Source: Candidatus Electrothrix sp. GW3-4 (GTDB lineage Bacteria > Desulfobacterota > Desulfobulbia > Desulfobulbales > Desulfobulbaceae). From it: 32,000 nucleotides of DNA. Under the pieces are notes generated by a model, which worked only from the letters and a program-made list of their open reading frames with translations, searched no databases and was not told where the DNA came from. Of this stretch, positions 16,438 through 23,013 are shown piece by piece (the first letter of the stretch is position 1; every line of letters starts with the position of its first letter). Both the position numbers and the translations under genes were made by a program. The stretch spans positions 3,960,001-3,992,000 of the forward strand of contig NZ_CP147990.1 of assembly GCF_037902255.1 (NCBI RefSeq), written 5' to 3'.

Positions 16438-16536
16438 GGCTCCCAAGCTCCAGCTTGGGAGACCTTATTCCTGAAGCTCTGCTTCTTGTATGAAGCGGAG
16501 CTTAACGGTGTCTGTGCTCGAGCAGAACTTGGGCAC
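16438..16536 (+). repeat. ~100-nt structured intergenic repeat, copy 1 (terminal inverted repeats plus internal hairpins)
   Basis: ggctcccaagctccagcttgggag...gaagctctgcttc-ttgtat-gaagcggagctta...cttgggcac. About 12 differences from copy 2 by hand alignment. Confidence 0.85.
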
Positions 16537-16543
16537 TAGAAAT

Positions 16544-16741
16544 CTACTGATTCAATTCAGGACAGGAACTCTGTCGATGAGCTTTGTTCATGAGCTTGGG
16601 TCTCAGCCTAGTCAGTCTGTCACCTACCTTTTGCTGATGGGACTTATACTCTTCGCAAATGGCATCAAGATCATAACCGAATTTCTTGGAATGCTCGTTT
16701 CGATATTGTCGTATTTCGTCTATAATCGGATCTTTCATCAT
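16544..16741 (-). CDS. Small conserved hypothetical protein (DPIIDEIRxxRxEH family), paralogue of 18163..18351
   Basis: MMKDPIIDEIRQYRNEHSKKFGYDLDAICEEY... aligns with MIDDPIVEEIRRFRREHAAEYGNNLQRIVEAL... It is flanked on both sides by the ~100-nt repeat. Confidence 0.55.
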   Translation of the reverse strand: MMKDPIIDEIRQYRNEHSKKFGYDLDAICEEYKSHQQKVGDRLTRLRPKLMNKAHRQSSCPELNQ

Positions 16742-16790
16742 TCATCACCTAGCAGTTCTTGAGGAGAGCATATTTCAGGGCAGTTGTTCT

Positions 16791-16890
16791 GGCTCCCAAG
16801 CTCCAGCTTGGGAGCACGTATTTCTGAAGCTTTGCTTCTTGTTTGAAGCGGAGCTTCACGGTGTCTGTGCGCAAGCAGAGCTTGGGTGCC
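16791..16890 (+). repeat. ~100-nt structured intergenic repeat, copy 2
   Basis: ggctcccaagctccagcttgggag...tgaagctttgcttc-ttgttt-gaagcggagcttca...gagcttgggtgcc. The ends GGCTCCCAAGCTC and GAGCTTGGGTGCC form a 13-nt inverted repeat with one mismatch. Confidence 0.85.
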
Positions 16891-16995
16891 AGCTGTAAAA
16901 ATCTCCTTGGATTGTTCGCTGTCGAAGACCTGCCTGAAGGTAAAGTCAGTTTTAACATCAAGGAAGTCCATGAGATCTGGAGTATCACTCACCAA
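16891..16995 (-). pseudogene. Possible N-terminal remnant of an Rpn/YhgA-like PD-(D/E)xK 'transposase' family gene, truncated at the repeat
   Basis: ..MDFLDVKTDFTFRQVFDSEQSKEIF.. resembles the characteristic N-terminus of that family (D..FK.iFG.e..kei). The similarity stops exactly where repeat copy 2 begins. This rests on my recollection of the family only. Confidence 0.3.
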
Positions 16996-18032
16996 TCTAC
17001 TGGTTTTATAGATTCAAATTTATTACTGACCCATAATCTTGTTTTATCAGGTAATTGCCCTCCAATGCCATTCTCTTCAGAGACCTGTTCCCATACAACC
17101 ACATGATATGCCGCTGGTTTGTCCTGGAGTTGTTTTTTTATATCTGACAAGTATAATTTTGCTAATTGCATGATTTGGTTATCATACTTAGAGGTAAGTC
17201 CGCATGAGGGCTTTGCTTTTGGAGTTCCGTTTGCAATTATTCGCTCTATTAACTCAGTTTTCGAGCCAGATTTTTTTATACTATGTTTACCGCAGATTTC
17301 TCGTAATTCCTTAACGGTGAGGGATTCAAAATATAGACTTTGGGTTTCATTAGTTTCGGGAAGTTGTTTTAACAACCCAATCTTAACCAACTGATGATGG
17401 ATAGATTTAGTCATTGGCCATTGTAGAGCTGCTTGTTCTTCTTTCATCCATCGAACTTCCTCGTGAAATGGTAGCCATCCTGCTGGAGGTTTCTTAACAC
17501 CAAGTTTCTTTAAAGTTGATGGTTTAAGCATTATATCAAACTCTTCAACTTCTATATCAAGAGCGTTAGGATCAAGGTCATTGTCAAAATCTTCTTGGCA
17601 GTATGATTTCTTGTCGTAAGCCATCTCTAAAAAATCATTTCTATAGTCCGTGAGATCTGTTATTCGGACTAAAGTTTCTTCAGTATATGGAAAGACAGGA
17701 AATTGAAATCCACTTGATGCGACTACTGGTTTCCTTGTTTTTAATGGCTTGTTCTTTACTTCATTTTTTCTTTCAATGGCTTCCGAAATAAGAACGGACA
17801 TCATTCTTAATGAAGGTTCATTCGGGATGATTATTCCTAAATCATTGGCAAAGTCAATTTGTTTTTGAGTCGCTGGTTCTTGTGGCAATTCTATTATTTC
17901 TTCGGGAGTTGTTCCGTCTGCTAATGCTTTCTGGATAGCTTCCTCTTTACTAAAAACTGAATAAATTTTTTTTCTTTTTCTGCCTGTCTTTGTCCCAACA
18001 CCTTGTATCTCAAAGTCTATTAATATCTTCAT
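16989..18032 (-). CDS. Hypothetical protein with a SAP/Rho-N-like DNA-binding motif; visibly AT-rich gene
   Basis: 347-aa ORF. The segment LTVKELREICGKHSIKKSGSKTELIERII fits the SAP / Rho-N helix-extended-helix pattern. Base composition is clearly AT-richer than flanking core genes. Confidence 0.6.
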   Translation of the reverse strand: MKILIDFEIQGVGTKTGRKRKKIYSVFSKEEAIQKALADGTTPEEIIELPQEPATQKQIDFANDLGIIIPNEPSLRMMSVLISEAIERKNEVKNKPLKTRKPVVASSGFQFPVFPYTEETLVRITDLTDYRNDFLEMAYDKKSYCQEDFDNDLDPNALDIEVEEFDIMLKPSTLKKLGVKKPPAGWLPFHEEVRWMKEEQAALQWPMTKSIHHQLVKIGLLKQLPETNETQSLYFESLTVKELREICGKHSIKKSGSKTELIERIIANGTPKAKPSCGLTSKYDNQIMQLAKLYLSDIKKQLQDKPAAYHVVVWEQVSEENGIGGQLPDKTRLWVSNKFESIKPVDW

Positions 18033-18058
18033 AACGTTGTATGCTAGTTAGAGATAAA

Positions 18059-18090
18059 CCCCAAAAATTGGGGAGAACTTAGCTCTCCCC
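18059..18090 (-). terminator. Intrinsic terminator-like hairpin downstream of 18163..18351
   Basis: On the minus strand, GGGGAGA-gctaagt-TCTCCCC is followed by AATTTTTGG. An alternative pairing CCCCAA-aaa-TTGGGG shares the same G-run. Confidence 0.45.
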
Positions 18091-18162
18091 AAACATTTCC
18101 TCTGAAAAATCAGACTATGATCTTATCGTCCCGCAAGAGACACCCGATAACAGCCCGAAAAT

Positions 18163-18351
18163 TCATCTCCGGGCCTCCTTCCTCAACCCCTTCTCAGCCA
18201 ACCGCTTCGGCCCCGGATTCAACCACACCCGATCAGACAGCCGCTCTTTCTCCCGCAATGCCTCGACAATACGCTGAAGATTATTCCCATATTCAGCCGC
18301 ATGTTCTCTGCGGAAACGACGTATCTCTTCAACAATCGGATCATCAATCAT
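18163..18351 (-). CDS. Small conserved hypothetical protein (DPIVEEIRxxRxEH family), paralogue of 16544..16741
   Basis: The N-terminal ~35 aa align with the 16544..16741 product. Confidence 0.55.
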   Translation of the reverse strand: MIDDPIVEEIRRFRREHAAEYGNNLQRIVEALREKERLSDRVWLNPGPKRLAEKGLRKEARR

Positions 18352-18525
18352 CTGTTTTTCCTACACCCACCACTAAAGCAGCAGACTCTATTCGTATCGA
18401 AAAAAATATTGCCCTGACAAGATTAACATATTGCAACGCTGTCCGACAAAAAAAAATTGCGTTCTTCCGTGTCCTACGCTACTGTTAGCTCATAGAAACT
18501 CGTTACGTTATCAATAAGCAATAAA

Positions 18526-18822
18526 ATGAAAAACTCCCTTGATGCTGTCAAACATCTCCTGGCCGAGCAAAAATCCCTGCTGAAAAACAAATACAGAATC
18601 AGCAGACTCGGCATATTTGGCTCGTATATCCGAGGAGAGCAGCGCAGTGGAAGCGATGTGGATGTCCTGATTGACTACGACAAAGCTCCCAGTCTTATCG
18701 AGCTGATCGAAATCGAAAATATGTTGAGCGATCTGCTCGGCCTGAAGGTTGATCTTGTCACCAGCAGAGGGCTGAAACCACAGCTCCGTCAACACATCCT
18801 TGATGAGGTCGTCTATCTGTGA
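18526..18822 (+). CDS. mntA: Nucleotidyltransferase-domain antitoxin (MNT/MntA)
   Basis: Minimal nucleotidyltransferase (NTase) motif GIFGSYIRGEQRSGSDVDVLIDY. Its stop overlaps the GTG start of the HepT gene (GTGA). Confidence 0.9.
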   Translation: MKNSLDAVKHLLAEQKSLLKNKYRISRLGIFGSYIRGEQRSGSDVDVLIDYDKAPSLIELIEIENMLSDLLGLKVDLVTSRGLKPQLRQHILDEVVYL

Positions 18823-19211
18823 GCAGTCGTATTGTCTCTCATTTTCTCGCCGATATCCTTGCTGCCATCAACGCAATTGCTCGATTCACCGAGCAAATGG
18901 ATTTCGAGCAGTTCCGGCGTGACGAAAAAACAATCCGCGCTGTTGAACGGGAACTTGAAATCATCGGCGAAGCGGTGAAAAAGATTCCCGAGCACATTAC
19001 CGCAGCACATCCCTCTGTTCCCTGGCGGGCAATAGCAGGAATGCGGGATCGTCTGATTCATCAGTACTGGGACACGGAAGCGGCAATCCTCTGGAGCACT
19101 GTGGAAGATTCACTGCCGGAGCTGAAAACAGAAATAATTGCGATCATCGAAGAAGAAAAGATCGACAAGCCGCAAACTCCCGATGCTCAAGGTTGCCCTC
19201 CGTCCACCTGA
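18819..19211 (+). CDS. hepT: HEPN-domain toxin (DUF86/HepT)
   Basis: HEPN Rx4-6H motif in RDRLIHQYWDTE. Its size and pairing with an MNT gene are typical. Confidence 0.9.
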   Translation: MSSRIVSHFLADILAAINAIARFTEQMDFEQFRRDEKTIRAVERELEIIGEAVKKIPEHITAAHPSVPWRAIAGMRDRLIHQYWDTEAAILWSTVEDSLPELKTEIIAIIEEEKIDKPQTPDAQGCPPST

Positions 19212-19292
19212 AGCAGCGAGATCTTTTCGTAGCGTCCCTACGCTTGTCCCTTGTGAGACATCCGATAACAACATTAGTGTCCAAAAGAACAT

Positions 19293-19553
19293 TCATTGAT
19301 ATTTCTCCCTCAGATAGCTTTGTTTCGCTTCATCAGGATCAACACCCTTGAGACAGCCTTTCCATCTTCCCAGGAAGTTGTCAACCGCTGGCGCATTCAG
19401 TGTTTCCATGATTCCATCGCACTGATGATCGGAATTTCCATCTGGCCGTAAAGAATCCTCCCGCGCCAAATCCAGCACAAGCAACTGGATAAGGTGATAT
19501 TTCTCCCGGCGTGGAAGAGCATAAATCTGTGTACGCAGTTCAGTCAGTTCCAT
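19293..19553 (-). CDS. Small hypothetical protein (antitoxin-sized, 86 aa)
   Basis: I place the start at the internal ATG 19553 because AGGAGG lies 5 nt upstream (aggaggatattATG). The longer ORF-track start at 19634 has no such signal. Confidence 0.5.
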   Translation of the reverse strand: MELTELRTQIYALPRREKYHLIQLLVLDLAREDSLRPDGNSDHQCDGIMETLNAPAVDNFLGRWKGCLKGVDPDEAKQSYLREKYQ

Positions 19554-19702
19554 AATATCCTCCTTGCTGTTCAGCAGCTTGCTTTTCTGTCGCATTTCTA
19601 TCACACAACGTTCCTCGGGGGCATATCGGTACACTTCTCGTCAACATGATACTGCCCTCCTGTTTCGTTGTATGAAAACGCAGCAGCTCTGAAGCGACAG
19701 GT

Positions 19703-19996
19703 GTATGTTGCATTGCGTGCTCTGGATTCTTTCCTGCAAGATCTCGCAACTCAATTGCAAGGACATCTTTTTTTATTGCGGCCTCTCGCAATCTTCCTGC
19801 GGCCATTCGCAAGAAGATTGCAAGACCACGCAAGCTTGTTGCGAGCTTCCGCAATTGAATTGCAAGCCGTCGCAAGAGAGTTGCAGGCTCCCGCAACTGA
19901 GTTGCCAGCCTTGGCAGGATAATTGCGAGCTACCGCTTTCTTTATGCGCCTTAGCGCTACGCCCTATCTTGCGCCCGCATTCACTGCGAAACCGCC
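19703..19996. repeat. 21-bp-periodic tandem array of CGCAA-N5-TTGCR palindromes (about 7 good units, degenerate at both ends)
   Basis: CGCAA occurs at 19745, 19787, 19808, 19829, 19850, 19871 and 19892, an exact 21-nt phase. Each is followed 5 nt later by TTGC(A/G). Degenerate in-phase units extend to ~19703 and ~19996. Confidence 0.9.
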
Positions 19997-21444
19997 GGAG
20001 CAGGTGCCTCCTTCTGCCCTGCCGTTACAGCAACACCCAGATCATTGGCCGCCTTAGCAGTCAGCAAGGAAATAAGGTCCGTGGCGTTGGGCTGACCGCC
20101 GCCCTTTCCTCCCCCGCTGATCACTATCCGTGGAACGAGCTGCTTATCCTGTAAGGCATCGGCATATGCTTTAGAAACCTCTACAAAGGCTGTCAGGCGT
20201 TTTTCCAGCGCGTTATCGGCCTGCATGAGTTTACGCCGCTTGTTTGACTCAGCTTCTGCCAAGGCTTCGATGCGTTGCGCTTCCAGCTTGGCTGTTTGCA
20301 GTTCTATTTCCCGCCGCTCTTTTTCTATCACGGATTCCTTTTTAAGCGTCTCCGCCATAGTTACACGACGATTCTGCTCCTGCTGGGCCTCTTTGGCCTT
20401 GGTCTCTGCCGCAATCACCCGCTCAATCTGGGCCTTTTCCAGCTCAATCCGCTTCTCAGCCTTTTCTGCCTCACCCTGAGCAATGATCCGCTTCTTGCGC
20501 TCTTCTTCCTTACGGGCATTCTGCCGCTCAATAGCCACCTGGGCTGCGGCCTCCCGCTGCTCAAGGAGCTTCTTTTTAAAGCCGGGATCCGGATCAACAT
20601 CCTGGACATTGGCCTGGATAAGGGTGATGCCGAATTTCTTCAGCGGGGTTTCACCGCCATCCTTGCGCAGCTCCAGACCATCCGGCCCGAGCCTCTTGCG
20701 CACATAGACCCGCATGGTCTGATCCTGTTGAATGGTCCGATCCCCATCATCGCTGATATTCTCTTTGCCGGAATAGGTAGTTTCCTCCTGGATATCAAGG
20801 AGAAAAATCCCGTTGCGAATCTGATCAAGAACCGCGTTCTCAAAGTCACCGCCCTTGCCGCCGATATATTCCTGGGCCGCATACATCCGTCCGGCGTTGC
20901 GCATGGCTTCCTGCATGGTGGGGATCAGGGTGGAATAGATCAGATTCTCCTGGCTTCGGTAGGCAACCGCCATCGGGAGAAAGCGGGCATCATCATTGGG
21001 CATCTCAAAACGGGCGGTCATTTTCATGGTTGCCGTCACCGAGTCGTGAAAACGGATTTCCTGAATAGGAGCAGTCCCGGAAAATGTATTTTTATTGGTC
21101 TTTTCATCAACAAAGGCAATGGTCAGAAACTTCTTAAACGGAATAACCTCACCAAACCATCTGGTATGAAAGCCGGGCTGCAAAACCGAACTCTGCGATC
21201 CCCAGGGATATTGAACAAGATAACTCATGCCTGGCTCGGCATAGAAAAAGATAGAATTCAAGGAAAGGATAATCAACCCGATAAAAAAAACACCGATCAA
21301 TTTTATGCTCCCGAACTTCTTAGGAAGAAACCGAAGGATGGCAGAACCTTCATCAATACCTCCCCGTATCCAGTTAAAAATCAACCCGGTTACACTGAGA
21401 ATAATAAGAATCTTACTGACGAGCGTCACAAAGGCAAAGAGCAT
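19981..21444 (-). CDS. SPFH/band-7 (flotillin/prohibitin-like) membrane protein with a long coiled-coil C-terminal region
   Basis: Two N-terminal TM segments, an SPFH-like core, then a Glu/Lys/Ala-rich coiled coil (EERKKRIIAQGEAEKAEKRIELEKAQIE...). Confidence 0.85.
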   Translation of the reverse strand: MLFAFVTLVSKILIILSVTGLIFNWIRGGIDEGSAILRFLPKKFGSIKLIGVFFIGLIILSLNSIFFYAEPGMSYLVQYPWGSQSSVLQPGFHTRWFGEVIPFKKFLTIAFVDEKTNKNTFSGTAPIQEIRFHDSVTATMKMTARFEMPNDDARFLPMAVAYRSQENLIYSTLIPTMQEAMRNAGRMYAAQEYIGGKGGDFENAVLDQIRNGIFLLDIQEETTYSGKENISDDGDRTIQQDQTMRVYVRKRLGPDGLELRKDGGETPLKKFGITLIQANVQDVDPDPGFKKKLLEQREAAAQVAIERQNARKEEERKKRIIAQGEAEKAEKRIELEKAQIERVIAAETKAKEAQQEQNRRVTMAETLKKESVIEKERREIELQTAKLEAQRIEALAEAESNKRRKLMQADNALEKRLTAFVEVSKAYADALQDKQLVPRIVISGGGKGGGQPNATDLISLLTAKAANDLGVAVTAGQKEAPAPAVSQ

Positions 21445-21625
21445 GGCTATTTCTCCCTGATCATGTTGATGAAATATAAATCACGTAGAGAACAGAGTAC
21501 CATCTCTGCAAAATTTTGTCTCGCCTGTTAAAGCTCTTTACTGGTGATGAAGTTGGAAGATCCGCTGAAAAGCGGTTCGCGTGAAGGGAAAAGACGATGA
21601 GAAGAAAAAAACTGCAATAAAAAAA

Positions 21626-21720
21626 GCCGGGCAACCCTGCAACACACAAAGGGACTCGCTGCCGCTGCTTCCTCCCGGACCTGACGGAGTTCACGATTCT
21701 TTGTTGTGCAGGACCCGGCT
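21626..21720 (-). ncRNA. ffs: Signal recognition particle RNA (4.5S-type SRP RNA)
   Basis: The minus strand reads AGCCGGGUCCUGCA...CCGUCAGGUCCGGGAGGAAGCAGCGGCAG...UGCAGGGUUGCCCGGCU followed by U7. It contains the conserved domain IV sequence GUCAGGUCC-GGGA-GGAAGCAGC with a GNRA tetraloop, and the 5' and 3' ends pair. Ends are accurate to roughly 5 nt. Confidence 0.85.
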
Positions 21721-21746
21721 ATCAAAACGTGGGTCAAATATGTAAT

Positions 21747-21832
21747 TGGCGGAGAGGGTGAGATTCGAACTCACGGTACTTGCGTACACACGCGTTCCAG
21801 GCGTGCACCTTAAGCCACTCGGTCACCTCTCC
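21747..21832 (-). tRNA. tRNA-Ser (anticodon GGA), CCA encoded
   Basis: The minus strand GGAGAGGUGACCGAGUGGCUUAAGGUGCACGCCUGGAACGCGUG-UGUACGCAAGUACC-GUGAGUUCGAAUCUCACCCUCUCCGCCA folds as a cloverleaf. It has a 7-bp acceptor stem, the anticodon loop CU-GGA-AC, a long variable arm and a GTTCGAATC T-loop. Confidence 0.95.
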
Positions 21833-21956
21833 TGCTCCATAAAAAGCAACCAGTTGGGACAAAGTAGAAGTTTTATTCTCCAGCCGTTACTTATATTACC
21901 TTGGGCACATGTATATAAACCGCATGGGCTTTTTTGACAAGGAAAAAATTCCCTGC

Positions 21957-22436
21957 TCATCCTTTTTTTCTTCGCCGCCGAAAAAAATCCTTGAGAAGCG
22001 TGGCACATTCCTCGGCCCTGACCCCTCCGGCAATTGCAAAACGATGATTCAGTTTCCCATCGCTACCTATTGTATATAAAGATTGCAGGGCCCCGCCCTT
22101 TGGATCGATAGCCCCAAAGACGATACGCTCCACCCGAGCCTGAATCATGGCTGCTGCACACATGGGGCAAGGTTCCAGGGTCACATACATAGTGGTTTCA
22201 GGAAGGCGGTAGTTACCCAGCTTCTCCGCAGCTGCCCGCAAGGTGTGGATTTCAGCATGACCAGTAGGATCATGAGCGTGAATGCAATCATTACCTGCCC
22301 CGGCGATAATCTTATAATCCCGATCCACCAGGACCGCTCCCACAGGAACCTCATCCTGCGTTGCGGCATAGGCGGCAAAATCAAGGGCCTTGCCCATACA
22401 ATAGAAATCCCGCGCTTCCTGCTCCTCTCTTTTCAT
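21957..22436 (-). CDS. tadA: tRNA adenosine(34) deaminase
   Basis: CDA-fold zinc motifs HAEIHTLR and TLEPCPMCAAAM. Its position next to tRNA / ffs / dnaX matches many other bacteria. Confidence 0.9.
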   Translation of the reverse strand: MKREEQEARDFYCMGKALDFAAYAATQDEVPVGAVLVDRDYKIIAGAGNDCIHAHDPTGHAEIHTLRAAAEKLGNYRLPETTMYVTLEPCPMCAAAMIQARVERIVFGAIDPKGGALQSLYTIGSDGKLNHRFAIAGGVRAEECATLLKDFFRRRRKKG

Positions 22437-22544
22437 CTGCGATCCTCAACAGCATCAATTTATCCGTAGCTCCTTTCTGAACAGAGGGAAAAGATACCGG
22501 AAGCACAGGAAAGAGACAAGTCTTGCATTTCCATAATCTCCATA

Positions 22545-22582
22545 TTGACAGATCACCTCTTAATCTCTATATTGCTATATAG
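22545..22582 (+). promoter_or_regulatory. Sigma70-type promoter of arsR with an overlapping inverted-repeat operator
   Basis: TTGACA (22545-22550), a 17-nt spacer, then TATATT (22568-22573). The palindrome CTATAT-tgct-ATATAG (22567-22582) overlaps the -10 element, which fits ArsR/SmtB autoregulation. Confidence 0.5.
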
Positions 22583-22620
22583 GAATATGGCAATTAACAA
22601 GCAAAACGAGAAGAGGAACA

Positions 22621-22968
22621 ATGCGGCAATTCATCCAAGCCATGAAGGCTCTTTCCGACCCGAGCAGAGTTGCTGTTCTCAAAATACTGGAACAGGGAGA
22701 GCTCTGCGTCTGTGAAATCCAGCATCTTTTAGGCCTGGCACAACCAACGGTTTCCAAGCACATGAAGATCCTTGAAGAGGCTGGTTTGGTCAAGCGAAGA
22801 CGAGAGGGCACTTGGATACTGTACAGCCTCAGTGCTGGCGAAGAATCTCCCTATGCCCAGACCATGCTCACCCAGCTCAAAGACTGGCTGCAAGACGATC
22901 CGGGTGTTCGAAAAATGATTCAACTACTTCCCGAAGCAGCGGCCTTACGTTCTAACAAGAACAGCTAA
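22621..22968 (+). CDS. arsR: ArsR/SmtB-family metalloregulatory transcriptional repressor
   Basis: Winged-helix region with the ELCVCEIQHLLGLAQPTVSKHMKILEEAGLV signature, including the CVC metal(loid) site. Confidence 0.85.
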   Translation: MRQFIQAMKALSDPSRVAVLKILEQGELCVCEIQHLLGLAQPTVSKHMKILEEAGLVKRRREGTWILYSLSAGEESPYAQTMLTQLKDWLQDDPGVRKMIQLLPEAAALRSNKNS

Positions 22969-23013
22969 GAAAAAAAACATCCACCCCTTCCATAAATAAC
23001 GAAAGGAAACGAT

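Noticed and set aside
19703-19996. A possible CRISPR array.
   Set aside because: The period is only 21 bp with no repeat/spacer alternation of CRISPR dimensions, and no cas genes are in the window.
19540-20154. Heptad-repeat ORFs across the 21-bp array: 19705..20154 (Cys every 7 aa), 19668..19922 and 19540..19896.
   Set aside because: Four frames are open only because the repeat unit lacks stop codons. The invariant nucleotides include wobble positions while whole intervening codons vary. The ORFs overlap each other, the SPFH 3' end and the small-gene 5' end, and none has an RBS. I interpret this as a DNA/RNA-level repeat, not a gene.
12309-21625. An integron-like cassette array (small co-directional ORFs separated by structured repeats).
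   Set aside because: No IntI-type integrase or attI is present. The repeats lack recognisable attC R''/R' core sites (RYYYAAC / GTTRRRY) at their ends. Several units are multi-gene or oppositely oriented (the MNT/HepT pair).
21445-21625. The hairpin CCGCT-gaaa-AGCGG (~21565) as a terminator or sRNA.
   Set aside because: It has a short 5-bp stem and no flanking U-tract on either strand. It lies in the SPFH promoter/5' region, so the evidence is insufficient.
21747-21832. tRNA-Ser as the attachment site of the adjacent island.
   Set aside because: I could not find, by eye, any second copy of the tRNA 3' end (e.g. gagattcgaac) within 12300-21700. SRP RNA lies between the tRNA and the accessory DNA. 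The repeated sequence that actually marks insertions is the dnaX 5' end.
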